From the NCBI GenBank assembly GCA_021731145.1, contig JAKFXX010000026.1, forward strand, positions 11,196 through 75,195: 64,000 bases of DNA. The letters are read 5' to 3'. Shown piece after piece: positions 18,848 through 29,178 of this stretch. Every line of letters starts with the position of its first letter. The first letter of the stretch is position 1. Origin of the DNA: Gammaproteobacteria bacterium. GTDB taxonomy: Bacteria > Pseudomonadota > Gammaproteobacteria > Ga0077554 > Ga007554. The position numbers and the translations under genes are program-made. The notes beneath the pieces are model-generated. The model was not told the DNA's origin. It saw nothing but the letters and a program-made list of their open reading frames with translations, and did no database searches.

Positions 18848-19891
18848 TTGACCGAGAATAACATGTTTGGTTTCCTGAAAAAAAAGGGCGACGATAAAAT
18901 TCCGCCCGATACGGCCGCCGCCCCGGACGTTGCAACGCCCGTTGAGCAGCCCGCCGGGCTATTTGATCGCCTGAAAAACCGCCTGACGCGCACCCGCCAG
19001 GGCCTGACCGAAGGTCTGGCCAGCCTGGTACTGGGCAAAAAGCAGATCGACGCGGAGGTGCTGGAAGACCTCGAAACCCGGTTGCTGAGCGCCGATGTCG
19101 GCGTGGACGCCACGCGCAAAATCATCGGTGATCTGACGGCACGGGTGGCGCGCAAGCAGCTCGCCGACGCCGATGCACTGTTTGGCGCGCTGCGCGAGGA
19201 TATGCTGGCGATTTTGCAGCCGTGCAGCACGCCCCTCGTGATTCCCGAGGGCGGCAAGACACCGTTTGTGCTGCTGATGGTGGGGATTAACGGCGCGGGC
19301 AAGACCACCACCATCGGCAAACTTGCCAAACGCTTTCAGAACCAGGGGCACTCCGTCATGCTCGCTGCGGGCGATACCTTCCGCGCCGCCGCAGTGGAAC
19401 AGTTGCAGGTCTGGGGTGAGCGTAACGGCATCCCGGTGATCGCCCAGAAACAGGGGGCCGATCCCGCCTCGGTGGCCTACGACGCCCTCCAGGCCGCCAA
19501 GGCGCGCGGCGTGGACGTGCTGATCGCCGACACGGCGGGCCGACTGCACACCCAGACCAACCTCATGGAAGAACTGAAAAAGATCAAACGCGTCATCGCC
19601 AAACTCGACCCCGACGCCCCTCATGAGGTGATGCTGGTGGTTGACGCCGGCATTGGCCAGAATGCGCTCAATCAGGCCCAGCAGTTCGGCCAGGCAGTGG
19701 GCCTGACCGGCATCACCCTCACCAAGCTGGACGGCACCGCCAAGGGTGGTATCATCTTCGCCATTGCGCAAAAGACGGGCCTGCCGATCCGCTTTATCGG
19801 CGTCGGCGAAGGCATCGACGATCTGCGCGAATTCGATGCCGCGGAATTTGTTGATGCGCTGCTGGGGGACGAAGGGGTGGCAAGAAAATAA
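18848..19891 (+). CDS. ftsY: Signal recognition particle receptor FtsY
   Basis: SRP GTPase NG domain (GINGAGKTTTIGKLA, DTAGR, TKLDG). The start may be the internal MFGF at 18863. Confidence 0.9.
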   Translation: MTENNMFGFLKKKGDDKIPPDTAAAPDVATPVEQPAGLFDRLKNRLTRTRQGLTEGLASLVLGKKQIDAEVLEDLETRLLSADVGVDATRKIIGDLTARVARKQLADADALFGALREDMLAILQPCSTPLVIPEGGKTPFVLLMVGINGAGKTTTIGKLAKRFQNQGHSVMLAAGDTFRAAAVEQLQVWGERNGIPVIAQKQGADPASVAYDALQAAKARGVDVLIADTAGRLHTQTNLMEELKKIKRVIAKLDPDAPHEVMLVVDAGIGQNALNQAQQFGQAVGLTGITLTKLDGTAKGGIIFAIAQKTGLPIRFIGVGEGIDDLREFDAAEFVDALLGDEGVARK

Positions 19892-19948
19892 AGATGGACC
19901 TGATAGCCCTCGGTTCTATTTCTTCGTTTACTTGCTACTTTTGAAAAC

Positions 19949-20602
19949 ATGATCCAGTTCACCAACGTCACCAAACGCTACCCCGGCGGCCATCAGGCTC
20001 TGAACAATGTCAGTTTCGAACTGAAGTCTGGGGAAATGGCCTTTCTCACCGGCCACTCCGGCGCGGGCAAAAGCACCCTGCTCAAGCTGATCACCTGTAT
20101 CGAGCGGCCCACCACTGGGCAGGTGATGGTCAACGGCAAGAATCTCGGCAAGCTGGGCCGTCGCCATGTCCCTGCGGTGCGGCGCCAGATCGGCATGATC
20201 TTTCAGGATCACAAGCTCATCAATGAGCGCACTGTGTTTGACAACGTGGCCCTGCCGCTGGTGATCGCCGGCCTGCACAACCACCCGGAAATCGCCCGCC
20301 GGGTGCGCGCCGCGCTCGACAAAGTGGGGCTGCTGGGCAAGGAAAAACAGTATCCGGTGACACTCTCCAGCGGCGAGCAGCAACGCGTCGGCATCGCCCG
20401 CGCTGTCGTCAACAAACCGGCGCTGCTGTTGGCCGACGAACCCACCGGCAACCTCGACCCCGATCTGGCGGCGGAGGTGATGGGATTGTTCGGGCAATTC
20501 AACCAGGTTGGCGTCACAGTGCTGATCGTCAGCCACAACGTCGACCTCATCACCCGCTTCCGTTCACGTATTCTGCACCTGGAAAAGGGCGGGCTGGTGT
20601 AG
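19949..20602 (+). CDS. ftsE: Cell division ATP-binding protein FtsE
   Basis: ABC ATPase motifs GHSGAGKST, LSSGEQQR and LLLADEP, located between ftsY and ftsX. Confidence 0.9.
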   Translation: MIQFTNVTKRYPGGHQALNNVSFELKSGEMAFLTGHSGAGKSTLLKLITCIERPTTGQVMVNGKNLGKLGRRHVPAVRRQIGMIFQDHKLINERTVFDNVALPLVIAGLHNHPEIARRVRAALDKVGLLGKEKQYPVTLSSGEQQRVGIARAVVNKPALLLADEPTGNLDPDLAAEVMGLFGQFNQVGVTVLIVSHNVDLITRFRSRILHLEKGGLV

Positions 20603-20649
20603 GGATGCCCACGCATTCTGCGACCAACAACTGAAAAGCCCATAACACA

Positions 20650-21573
20650 TTGATGCGCATAAAAAACTACTTTCTCAACCACCTCTACGCCTTCTTTTAC
20701 AGCCTGGGCCAGATCAGCCGTGCGCCACTGTCCAGCGTCATGACCGTAGTAGTGATCGGCATCACGCTGGCCTTTCCCGCCGGGCTGTATGCCGTGCTGA
20801 AAAATGCCCAGCAACTCAGCGCGGGCTGGGATGAGGTAGCGCAAATCTCGGTGTTTCTCAAAAAAGATGTGGGCGGACAGGCCTTGGACGATCTGGCAAA
20901 GCGTTTGCATGACAGGCCGGATATCGCCAAAATTACGACTGTCCCGGCGGCCAAGGCGCTGGAGGAATTCAGAAAACTTTCCGGTTTTGACGACGCCCTG
21001 CGCGCGCTGGAGGAAAATCCCCTGCCTTCTGTGCTGATAATCCAGCCGGCTGCGGGGTATGCTGACCCAACGGCCGTCGAACATTTACAGGTGTCGCTGC
21101 GAAAACTGCCGGAAGCGGACTTTGTCCAATTGGATCTCCAGTGGGTACAACGCCTGCACGCGGTGCTTGAAATTGCCAAACGCGGCGTGGAGATCCTCGC
21201 CGTGTTGCTGGGGCTGGCGGTGCTGCTGATTGTGGGAAATACCATCCGTTTGGGCGTCCAGAGCAACCGTGATGAAATCGCGATTACCAAACTGATCGGC
21301 GCCACCGATGGCTTCGTACGCCGCCCCTTTTTATATGCCGGGATCTGGTACGGACTACTGGGCGGTATCATTGCCTGGGGGCTGGTCAGTCTTGCGCTGC
21401 TGCTGCTCGATGAACCGGTGAGGAAGGTGTCGGCCCTGTATGACAGCACCTTCACCTTGGGTATGCTGGATGTCTGGACCACCCTGTTGCTGCTAACCTC
21501 GGGCACGCTGCTCGGCCTGCTTGGATCGTGGTTGGCGGTGGGCAAGCATTTGCGGGCGGTTGAACCTGATTGA
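20650..21573 (+). CDS. ftsX: Cell division permease FtsX
   Basis: A four-TM FtsX-like permease with a periplasmic loop, downstream of ftsE. Confidence 0.85.
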   Translation: MMRIKNYFLNHLYAFFYSLGQISRAPLSSVMTVVVIGITLAFPAGLYAVLKNAQQLSAGWDEVAQISVFLKKDVGGQALDDLAKRLHDRPDIAKITTVPAAKALEEFRKLSGFDDALRALEENPLPSVLIIQPAAGYADPTAVEHLQVSLRKLPEADFVQLDLQWVQRLHAVLEIAKRGVEILAVLLGLAVLLIVGNTIRLGVQSNRDEIAITKLIGATDGFVRRPFLYAGIWYGLLGGIIAWGLVSLALLLLDEPVRKVSALYDSTFTLGMLDVWTTLLLLTSGTLLGLLGSWLAVGKHLRAVEPD

Positions 21574-21726
21574 CGGTACATGGAACTTTTTCCGGGTTAG
21601 CACTCTAACGATGGGAGTGCTAATATTGGCGCCTACTTTGGGATTTATTGAGATAGATCAAATCATGGGACCGGAAAAACTGCTATATACACACCATAAC
21701 TCTAAAATGGAGAGGGGGGTACAGCA

Positions 21727-22584
21727 ATGAGCAAAACCATGCAGTTGGATTTAGTGTTGCCGCCAGTAGGCAGTATCGAGGCCTACACACAAGCGGTAGC
21801 ACGCATACCTATACTAACCGCGGAAGCTGAGCACGAACTCGCCCTGCGCCTGCGCAATGATAATGATCTGGATGCCGCCCGGCATCTGGTCATGTCGCAC
21901 CTACGCTTTGTAGTGCATGTCGCGCGCGGCTATAGCGGCTATGGCCTGGCGCAGGCGGACCTCATCCAGGAAGGCAACATCGGCCTGATGAAGGCGGTCA
22001 AACATTTTGACCCCACCATGAATGTGCGCCTGGTGTCGTTCGCCGTGCACTGGGTGCGCGCCGAAATGCACGAATTCATCCTGCGCAACTGGCGCATCGT
22101 GCGGGTGGCGACCACCAAGGCACAACGCAAGCTGTTCTTCAATCTGCGCAGCTCCAAGAAGCACCTCGGCTGGTTCAGCCGCGAGGAGGTCGATGCACTC
22201 GCCAAGAAATTGGACGTGAGTCCGGAAGTGGTGCGCGAAATGGAAATGCGCATGAACGGCTACGACGCCTCCTTCGACCCCTATACCGAGGATGAGGATG
22301 CCACATCTCCCAACATTGCCCCTGCGGCCTATCTGGCGGATGTGCAGTCTGACCCTTCGCTGATGCTGGAGAACAGCGATTGGGAGTCGAGCGGAACGGA
22401 GCGCTTGCGTAACGCCCTTACCGCGCTGGACAAGCGCAGCCAGGACATCCTTCAGCGCCGCTGGCTGGCCGATGACAAGGCCACTCTGCATGACCTGGCC
22501 GACAAATACCAGGTCTCGGCTGAGCGCATCCGCCAACTGGAAAAGAGCGCCATGAAAAAGCTCAAGCAGGCGCTGGAAGCTTAA
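21727..22584 (+). CDS. rpoH: RNA polymerase sigma-32 (heat-shock sigma factor RpoH)
   Basis: RpoH box QRKLFFNLR and sigma-70 regions 2 and 4. Conserved ftsYEX-rpoH synteny. Confidence 0.9.
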   Translation: MSKTMQLDLVLPPVGSIEAYTQAVARIPILTAEAEHELALRLRNDNDLDAARHLVMSHLRFVVHVARGYSGYGLAQADLIQEGNIGLMKAVKHFDPTMNVRLVSFAVHWVRAEMHEFILRNWRIVRVATTKAQRKLFFNLRSSKKHLGWFSREEVDALAKKLDVSPEVVREMEMRMNGYDASFDPYTEDEDATSPNIAPAAYLADVQSDPSLMLENSDWESSGTERLRNALTALDKRSQDILQRRWLADDKATLHDLADKYQVSAERIRQLEKSAMKKLKQALEA

Positions 22585-22686
22585 TCCACCCTCTCCCCAG
22601 CTCTCCCGCCTTGCGGGAGGGGGGAATATACACACCTGTGAATGGGAATCAGCATGACGCCGTAGCTTTGCCGTCATACTCCATAT

Positions 22687-22989
22687 TCACTCCAACCGTC
22701 CCGCCTCCAACACCGGCACCATCCAGTAGTGCAGGCCACTGCCGGCGAAATCACGTTTAAGCCCTTCGATAACTTCCCGCGCCACTTCCATGGGGAGGTG
22801 GCATCGAAACATCAGTTTGCGGCTTCGGCCTGTCACCTGTTCGGCCACGGTCAGGGGTTGATGTCCAGTACCGTGACCATTGACCTTCAGGCTCGTGAAA
22901 CCACTTACGCCCTCACAGGTAAGCAGCCAGTCCACCAGTGCGTCTTCGATTGCCGGGGTGGCGATAATCACAAGCAGGCATTCATTCAT
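22687..22989 (-). CDS. DUF3240-family small protein (P-II-like fold, associated with metal-efflux RND systems)
   Basis: About 100 aa, N-terminus MNECLLVIIATPAIEDALVDWLL, immediately downstream of the RND pump gene. Confidence 0.6.
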   Translation of the reverse strand: MNECLLVIIATPAIEDALVDWLLTCEGVSGFTSLKVNGHGTGHQPLTVAEQVTGRSRKLMFRCHLPMEVAREVIEGLKRDFAGSGLHYWMVPVLEAGRLE

Positions 22990-23101
22990 GATGTTTTCCT
23001 CAATCAATCAGGCACGGGATGTAGGGTGCGTCCCACGCCCCACAGGTGCCGTGGTGCGCACAGCGCACCCTACAGCACTGGAAAAGCGTGAGGCAAACAT
23101 T

Positions 23102-26100
23102 TCAGCGTGACTCTCCGAAGCGCCGGTACAAAATCGGCAGCAATACCAGCGTAAGCAGGGTGGATGTGATCAGTCCGCCGATCACTACAATCGCCAGTGG
23201 GCGCTGGATTTCCGAGCCGGGGCCGGTGGCGAATAGCAGCGGCGCGAGGCCGAAGGCGGTGATCGACGCGGTCATCATTACCGGCCGCAGGCGGCGCCTG
23301 GCGCCTTCCACCACTACCTGCGCGAGCGCCATGCCTTGGGTGCGCAACTGGTTGAAGTAGCTCACCAGCACCACGCCGTTGAGCACGGCGATGCCGAGCA
23401 GGGCAATAAATCCTACCGAAGCAGGCACCGAGAGGTATTCGCCCGACAGCCACAGGGCGAACACGCCGCCGATCATGGCGAATGGGATGTTGGACAACAC
23501 CAGTATCGACTGACGCACTGAACCAAACGTGGAAAATAGCAGCAGGAAAATCAGGCCTATTGCCACCGGCACCACGATGGACAGACGCGCGGCGGCGCGT
23601 TGCTGGTTTTCGAATTGACCGCCCCATTCCAGATGGTAACCATTGGGCAATGGCACCCGTTGCGTGACCACGCGCCGCGCCTCCTCGACAAAGCCCACCA
23701 GGTCGCGGCCCTGCACGTTGGCGATCACAACCACCATACGTGCGGCGCGCTGGCGATCCACCTTCACCGGGCCTTCCACGCGCGTGAGTTTTGCCACGGT
23801 GGCAAGCGGCACATTGTGGCCATCGGGCAGGGTAATGAGCAGGTTGGCGAAGGTGGCGGGCGAACCCACGCCTGTGCGCAGAATCAGCGGGGTGCGGCGC
23901 ATACCCTCGTGGATGGTGCCTACCCGGTTGCCTTCAAGCTGGGCGCGCAGCGTGTTTTCCAGCTCATCGACGGAAAGGCCAAGGCGGCCCGCCGCCAAGC
24001 GGTCTATGTCGATCTTGAGAAACTGCATGCCTGCATTGCGGGTAGTGTAGACATCCTGGCTGCCTTTAATGGAACGTACCGCAGTGGCGATTTCTTCGGC
24101 CTTTTTGTTGAGGGTGTCGATGTCGGTGCCGAACAGTTTGATCGCGAGGTCGCCGCGCACGCCGATAATCATCTCCGAGACGCGCATCTCGATAGGCTGC
24201 GTGAAGTTGTAGACCAGGCCAGGGATGCCATCCATCACTTTGCGCAGCTCCTCGATCAACGCCTCCTTGCTCTTCATGCGCCACTGCTCGCGCGGTTTGA
24301 GCACGAGAAAGGTATCTGTCTGATTGAGGCCCATCGGGTCGAGTCCAATCTCGTCCGATCCCACTCGCGCAACAATGCCGGTCACCTCCGGCACGCGCTT
24401 CATGATCTCCTGCTGGATCTTGAGGTCGAGGGCGGCGGATTGCTCAAGCGTGATCGACGGTAGCTTCTCCACGCCAATGATAATGTCACCTTCATCCATG
24501 GTGGGCATGAAGGTCTTGCCGATTTGGGTATAAACCACGGCGGTGAGCGCCAATGCGACCAGCGCCACAGTGACAACGGTGCGCGTATGGGCCAGAGACC
24601 AATCGAGCAGCGGCGTGTACAGCCGGGCAAGGGTACGCACCAGCCAGGGGTCGCCGTGCCCCGTGCTCTTGAGCAGGAACGAGGCAATGACCGGGATCAC
24701 TGTGAGCGACAGCAGCAGCGAAGCGCTCAGGGCAAATACAATGGTGAGGGCCACCGGGCTGAACAGCTTGCCCTCCAGCCCTTGCAAGGTGAGCAACGGC
24801 AGGAACACGGTGATGATGATCAGGATGCCGGCGGTAACCGGCACCGCGACCTCGCGCACCGAGCGGTAGATCACATGCAGGCGCGGCAGGCGCACGGCCT
24901 GTTCATGGGCGAGATGCGCGACGCTGTTTTCCACGACGACCACCGCGGCATCGACCAGCATGCCGATGGCAATCGCCAGTCCGCCCAGGCTCATCAGATT
25001 GGCGGACATGCCGAATTGGCTCATCAGGATAAACGTGACCAGCGCGGCCAGGGGCAGCGCGAGGGCCACTGTCACAGCGGCGCGCAGGTTGCCGAGAAAC
25101 AGCACCAGCAGGATCACCACCAGCGCGATGGCCTCCAACAGCGCTTTCGCCACGGTAGTGACGGCGCGCTCCACCAGGTGGCCGCGATCATAAAAGACCT
25201 GGAGGTTGACGCCTGGCGGCAGGCTGGGCTTGATCTCGTCGAGTTTGGCGCGCACCCCCGCCACCACCTGCCGGGCGTTGGCGCCGCGCAGCCCCAGCAC
25301 CAGTCCCTGCACCGTCTCACTCTGACCATTGCGTGTCACTGCACCATAGCGTGTGAGCGCACCGATGCGCACCTCGGCAACATCCGCAACACGCACCGGC
25401 ACACCACGGTCGTTTTTGACCACGATGGCACGCGCGTCGTCGAGGGTTTTGATACGGCCCTCGGCACGCACAAGCAACGCCTCCTCGCCATCATTTATGC
25501 GCCCCGCGCCGTCATTGCGGTTGTTCGCCTCCAGCGCCTGTTGCAGCATTTGCAGGGTGACGCCGCGCGCGGTCATGCGCACGTTGTCCGGCGCCACTTC
25601 GAAGACGCGTGCCAACCCGCCCAGCACGTTCACATCGGCCACGCCCGGCACGGTACGTAGCGCCGGGCGTATCACCCAGTCGAGCAGGCTGCGCCGCTCC
25701 ATCAGTGACAGACCGCCGCCCTCGATGGTGAACATGAACATCTCGCCCAGCGGTGTGGTCAACGGCGCGATGCCGCCGCTGATGCCGGGTGGCAGGTCAC
25801 CCCGCACACTGTTGAAGCGCTCGGTCACCTGCTGGCGCGCCCAATAGATATCTGTGCCATCCGCAAAGTCCACAGTGACGTCGGTGATCGCGTATTTGGT
25901 CTCCGAGCGCAGCATGGTCTGATGGGGGATGCCCAGCATTTCCACCTCGATGGGCGCAGTGATACGCGCCTCCACCTCCTCGGGCGTCATGCCGGGGGCC
26001 TTGATGATGATCTTGACCTGGGTGGAGGATACATCCGGGAAGGCGTCGATGGGCAGGTTCTTGACGGCCAGCGCTCCGCCGCCCACCAGCAGCGCCACCA

Positions 26101-26155
26101 CCAGCATCATCAGCAGGCGCTGGGTCAGTGCGAATTGGATCAGGCGTGACAACAT
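23102..26155 (-). CDS. czcA: Heavy-metal efflux RND transporter, CzcA/CusA family (HME-RND)
   Basis: 1017 aa with 12 TM helices and two large periplasmic loops. The N-terminus MLSRLIQFAL...IDAFPDVSSTQV is typical of the HME family. The start overlaps the adaptor-gene stop (ATGA). Confidence 0.85.
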   Translation of the reverse strand: MLSRLIQFALTQRLLMMLVVALLVGGGALAVKNLPIDAFPDVSSTQVKIIIKAPGMTPEEVEARITAPIEVEMLGIPHQTMLRSETKYAITDVTVDFADGTDIYWARQQVTERFNSVRGDLPPGISGGIAPLTTPLGEMFMFTIEGGGLSLMERRSLLDWVIRPALRTVPGVADVNVLGGLARVFEVAPDNVRMTARGVTLQMLQQALEANNRNDGAGRINDGEEALLVRAEGRIKTLDDARAIVVKNDRGVPVRVADVAEVRIGALTRYGAVTRNGQSETVQGLVLGLRGANARQVVAGVRAKLDEIKPSLPPGVNLQVFYDRGHLVERAVTTVAKALLEAIALVVILLVLFLGNLRAAVTVALALPLAALVTFILMSQFGMSANLMSLGGLAIAIGMLVDAAVVVVENSVAHLAHEQAVRLPRLHVIYRSVREVAVPVTAGILIIITVFLPLLTLQGLEGKLFSPVALTIVFALSASLLLSLTVIPVIASFLLKSTGHGDPWLVRTLARLYTPLLDWSLAHTRTVVTVALVALALTAVVYTQIGKTFMPTMDEGDIIIGVEKLPSITLEQSAALDLKIQQEIMKRVPEVTGIVARVGSDEIGLDPMGLNQTDTFLVLKPREQWRMKSKEALIEELRKVMDGIPGLVYNFTQPIEMRVSEMIIGVRGDLAIKLFGTDIDTLNKKAEEIATAVRSIKGSQDVYTTRNAGMQFLKIDIDRLAAGRLGLSVDELENTLRAQLEGNRVGTIHEGMRRTPLILRTGVGSPATFANLLITLPDGHNVPLATVAKLTRVEGPVKVDRQRAARMVVVIANVQGRDLVGFVEEARRVVTQRVPLPNGYHLEWGGQFENQQRAAARLSIVVPVAIGLIFLLLFSTFGSVRQSILVLSNIPFAMIGGVFALWLSGEYLSVPASVGFIALLGIAVLNGVVLVSYFNQLRTQGMALAQVVVEGARRRLRPVMMTASITAFGLAPLLFATGPGSEIQRPLAIVVIGGLITSTLLTLVLLPILYRRFGESR

Positions 26156-27318
26156 CACTCGTGCCCCCCGCTGCCGCCCAATCCCATCCACGCGCCTTTC
26201 ACCGCCGCCACGCCGCGCACTACGACGCGCTCATCGCCACGCAGCGCGCCTGCAATTACGCTACGGCCATGCTGTTCGCTGACGATCTGTACGGGTTGGG
26301 CGCGGAAGCCCTGCGCGGTCTGCACGAAAATCATACTCTGCTTCGCGCTACGCGCCACGGCTGTAACAGGTACGCTATAACGCTGCCCAGCAGTGGGGGC
26401 GGTCAACTGCGCCTCGATGAACTGGCCTGGCCGCAGACTATCAGTGCCACGTGTGATCTCGGTGCGCAGCAGCACAGTCTGGTTTTCGGGGTCCACGTCA
26501 CGGCCGATCATGATCAGACGGCCCGATGCACTTGTCCCCCGGAGGGGAGGCTGCGCGCTGCCCTTCAGGGTAGATGCAGCGGGCACTTCCACCCCTTGGC
26601 CAACGCTCAGTCCGTTGACCCGCTCCTGCGGCACGCGCAACTCCAGCCACAGCGTATCCAGCCGTGCCATGCGGTAGAGCGGTTCGAGGCGATCCACGCG
26701 CTGCCCGGCCACCACCTTTTGTTCCAGCACGATCCCGGTGATGGGCGCTGTTATGGTGAGCGTACCGCTCAGTGCGCGTGTCTGCTCCAAGCGGCGCAAC
26801 GCGGCTTCATCCATCCCTGCCAGGCGCAAGGTTTGACGATGCTCGTTGAGTGCCGACGCCAATTCCTCGTGGCGGCTTTTGGTGGTCAGATAACGGCGCT
26901 CAGCGATGATGCCGTCCTTGAACAACTGCTCATCGCGCGCCAACTCAGACTGCGCCAGCCGCACCTGGGTCAGCGCCTGGAGATAGCTGCCTTGTTCTGT
27001 GACAAGCTCCGTGCTGCGGAGAGTGGCAAGGGCTTGCCCCTTGTTTACCTTGTCACCCACAGCGACCAGCAGCGCCTCCACCAGCCCGCTTTGGGAAGCG
27101 CTGACCACGCGCTCCTGCGCTGGCGGAATCACCACACGCGCCGGGAAGCGGCTGCTCAACACCACCGACGCCGGTTCCAGCGGCGCAACCATGATGCCCA
27201 GTGTCTTGAGTTGAGCGGGAGTGAAATGGATATCGTCAGTGGCCTGCGCCGCAGGGGAGGTCACTGTAATGGCTAGCAAACACGTCATTAACAGATAACA
27301 GGCTATTATTTTTTTCAT
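26155..27318 (-). CDS. czcB: Efflux RND periplasmic adaptor subunit (CzcB/CusB family)
   Basis: Signal peptide, membrane-fusion-protein fold (coiled-coil hairpin, beta-barrel), 387 aa. Confidence 0.8.
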   Translation of the reverse strand: MKKIIACYLLMTCLLAITVTSPAAQATDDIHFTPAQLKTLGIMVAPLEPASVVLSSRFPARVVIPPAQERVVSASQSGLVEALLVAVGDKVNKGQALATLRSTELVTEQGSYLQALTQVRLAQSELARDEQLFKDGIIAERRYLTTKSRHEELASALNEHRQTLRLAGMDEAALRRLEQTRALSGTLTITAPITGIVLEQKVVAGQRVDRLEPLYRMARLDTLWLELRVPQERVNGLSVGQGVEVPAASTLKGSAQPPLRGTSASGRLIMIGRDVDPENQTVLLRTEITRGTDSLRPGQFIEAQLTAPTAGQRYSVPVTAVARSAKQSMIFVQTAQGFRAQPVQIVSEQHGRSVIAGALRGDERVVVRGVAAVKGAWMGLGGSGGHE

Positions 27319-28586
27319 GGTATTTCTCCAGCGGCCTGGTTATAGCGCGCGATATCTCTTTGTAATTGAAGTCCAAGCTGCTGTTCGCCGCGCTCTGCGG
27401 CAAATGCCAGGGTCTGCACGCGCAGCAGGGCCACCAGATCAATCTCGCCGATGGCAAAGGCCTTTTTCATCAGGCGCAGATTTTCCTGTGCCAGGCGGTT
27501 TTGCTCGACGGCCAGATCAAACTCGGCGCGCGCCAGCGCCAGGGCGTGCTCCGCCTCGTCCAGCGCCAGATCCAGCTCGCGCTTGAGCGCATCACGCGTA
27601 CTCTGTGCTTCGGATTGAGCTACCACCGAGGCGGCCAGCCGGGGGCCAGCATGAGCTGTGCTGTGCAGGGGCAGTGTCAGTGCGATGCCGACGCTGTCGT
27701 TACCCGCGCTTCTGAGCGTTGACTGCTCACGCCGGGCGCCCAGGGTAAGCAGGGGATTGCCGCGCCGCTCTTCCCTGGCCAGTTGTGTCTCGGCGGCGGC
27801 TTGCGCCACGCGGTTTTGACCATCGGCAAGCAAGGGGTGATCGTCAGTGACGGCGGTTTGCGTTGACGGGGCTTCGTTACGCTCCGCCGGCAACGCTTCG
27901 ACGCCTGTTAGCACCTCATAACGGTGCAGCGCGTGCTTGAGTTCGGTGTGGGCGCGCAGGTATTGCGCCTGGCGGCGTAGCGTTTCATCCTGTGCCAGCA
28001 ACAGATCGACCTTGGCCAGTTCGCCTGCCGTCATACGCTTGCGCACATCCTGCTCCAGCGCCTGTGCGGCACGCCATTGCTGCTCCGTCAGCGTCAGATC
28101 ATTTTCCATCAAGGCCACATCCCACAGGCGCTCGCGCACCTGCCCGGCCACCTCCAGCCGCAGGGCATGCTCCAAGGCCTTCAGCCCCATCCCCGCTTGA
28201 TCGGCGAGCGCCTTTCTCGCCTGTTTCTGTCCGAGCAGCCACAGCGGCATCTGGACGCCGCCCTCCCACTCGGTCAGCCCATCCCGGCTGCCTATCTGGT
28301 CGGTCTGGTGGCGCAATATCAACGCCGTGGGGCCTGCCAGCGGGTTGCCCGCCTGGCGGCGCAGCGCATCCACCTGCGCACCACGCGGCGCGATCACCTG
28401 CTGGCGCGGGTAACGCTCAAAGGCTTGCTGCGTCACATCATGCAGCGTCAGGCGCGGGTCCACCACCACACGGATGGCGTCTTCGGCAGGCACCACCGCC
28501 AAGGCATGTCCCGTCAGGCAGGCCCAAAGCACCATACCCCACATAGGGGCATACGACGTCGCGCCCCGCAAGGGCATCAATCGCAT
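27315..28586 (-). CDS. czcC: Outer-membrane efflux protein (TolC/CzcC family)
   Basis: A 423-aa outer-membrane-factor fold with duplicated coiled-coil repeats. The gene order C-B-A is of the czc type. Confidence 0.75.
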   Translation of the reverse strand: MRLMPLRGATSYAPMWGMVLWACLTGHALAVVPAEDAIRVVVDPRLTLHDVTQQAFERYPRQQVIAPRGAQVDALRRQAGNPLAGPTALILRHQTDQIGSRDGLTEWEGGVQMPLWLLGQKQARKALADQAGMGLKALEHALRLEVAGQVRERLWDVALMENDLTLTEQQWRAAQALEQDVRKRMTAGELAKVDLLLAQDETLRRQAQYLRAHTELKHALHRYEVLTGVEALPAERNEAPSTQTAVTDDHPLLADGQNRVAQAAAETQLAREERRGNPLLTLGARREQSTLRSAGNDSVGIALTLPLHSTAHAGPRLAASVVAQSEAQSTRDALKRELDLALDEAEHALALARAEFDLAVEQNRLAQENLRLMKKAFAIGEIDLVALLRVQTLAFAAERGEQQLGLQLQRDIARYNQAAGEIP

Positions 28587-28686
28587 AAAATCTCTCTCAT
28601 TAAATAAAATGAATTACCGCCGCCGCACCCGCAAGGTAACGGCAACACACCATCAGCAGGATATCCTGACAGAGGTTAAGGCAGGC

Positions 28687-29115
28687 TTAAATGAACGGGG
28701 GAGCGCGCGGCGCGCAAGGGGAGGTGTGAGGGCAGGGCCGGAATGACGGAACGTCGCTCAGGACAAGGTGTTGCAACACCACAGGAGCCGGAAACTCCGG
28801 AATGGAGGGAGGAATGCCAGCGGGTGGGTTCTTCTTGGCCTTGAACGGCGGAATCTCAGCCAGACCACCTTCGATGCCGATGGACATTCCGGCGGCGGCA
28901 GGCATTGCACCAATGGCTGAAGCATCAGCCGCGCTGACGCCATGGTCAACACCACCCTTTTTCAGATGGACAGGCAGCACATGGATATGCACCCCCATCG
29001 CAGAGGCCGGACCATCGCCGTCATCACCGCCCACATGCGCATGGACCAACGGAAACATCGCCTGGATGGCCACGATCCAGAAAATCAGAATCAAATTGGT
29101 GCAGCGTTTCAACAT
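28687..29115 (-). CDS. Putative small His-rich periplasmic protein (CzcI-like) upstream of czcCBA
   Basis: N-terminal hydrophobic signal-like segment, then His-rich HAHVGGDDGDGPASAMGVHIHVLPVHLKKGGVDHGV. The position matches czcI. The ORF boundaries are uncertain. Confidence 0.35.
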   Translation of the reverse strand: MLKRCTNLILIFWIVAIQAMFPLVHAHVGGDDGDGPASAMGVHIHVLPVHLKKGGVDHGVSAADASAIGAMPAAAGMSIGIEGGLAEIPPFKAKKNPPAGIPPSIPEFPAPVVLQHLVLSDVPSFRPCPHTSPCAPRAPPFI

Positions 29116-29178
29116 CGAATGCGTATCGCCTGGATGCCTTGGAACAAAGCGGATGCTTTACACTGTACCATAGCCACC

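Noticed and set aside
18959-19771. 270-aa minus-strand ORF antisense to ftsY
   Set aside because: An artefact of GC-rich sequence. ftsY on the plus strand has clear GTPase motifs.
22596-22620. Hairpin after rpoH (ctcccgc-cttg-gcgggag)
   Set aside because: Short stem without a following T-tract on either strand. Too weak to call an intrinsic terminator with confidence.
24524-25660. 378-aa plus-strand ORF inside czcA (and 23600-24463, 26128-27276 antisense to czcA/czcB)
   Set aside because: Gln/Arg/His-rich nonsense composition antisense to the RND pump and adaptor genes.
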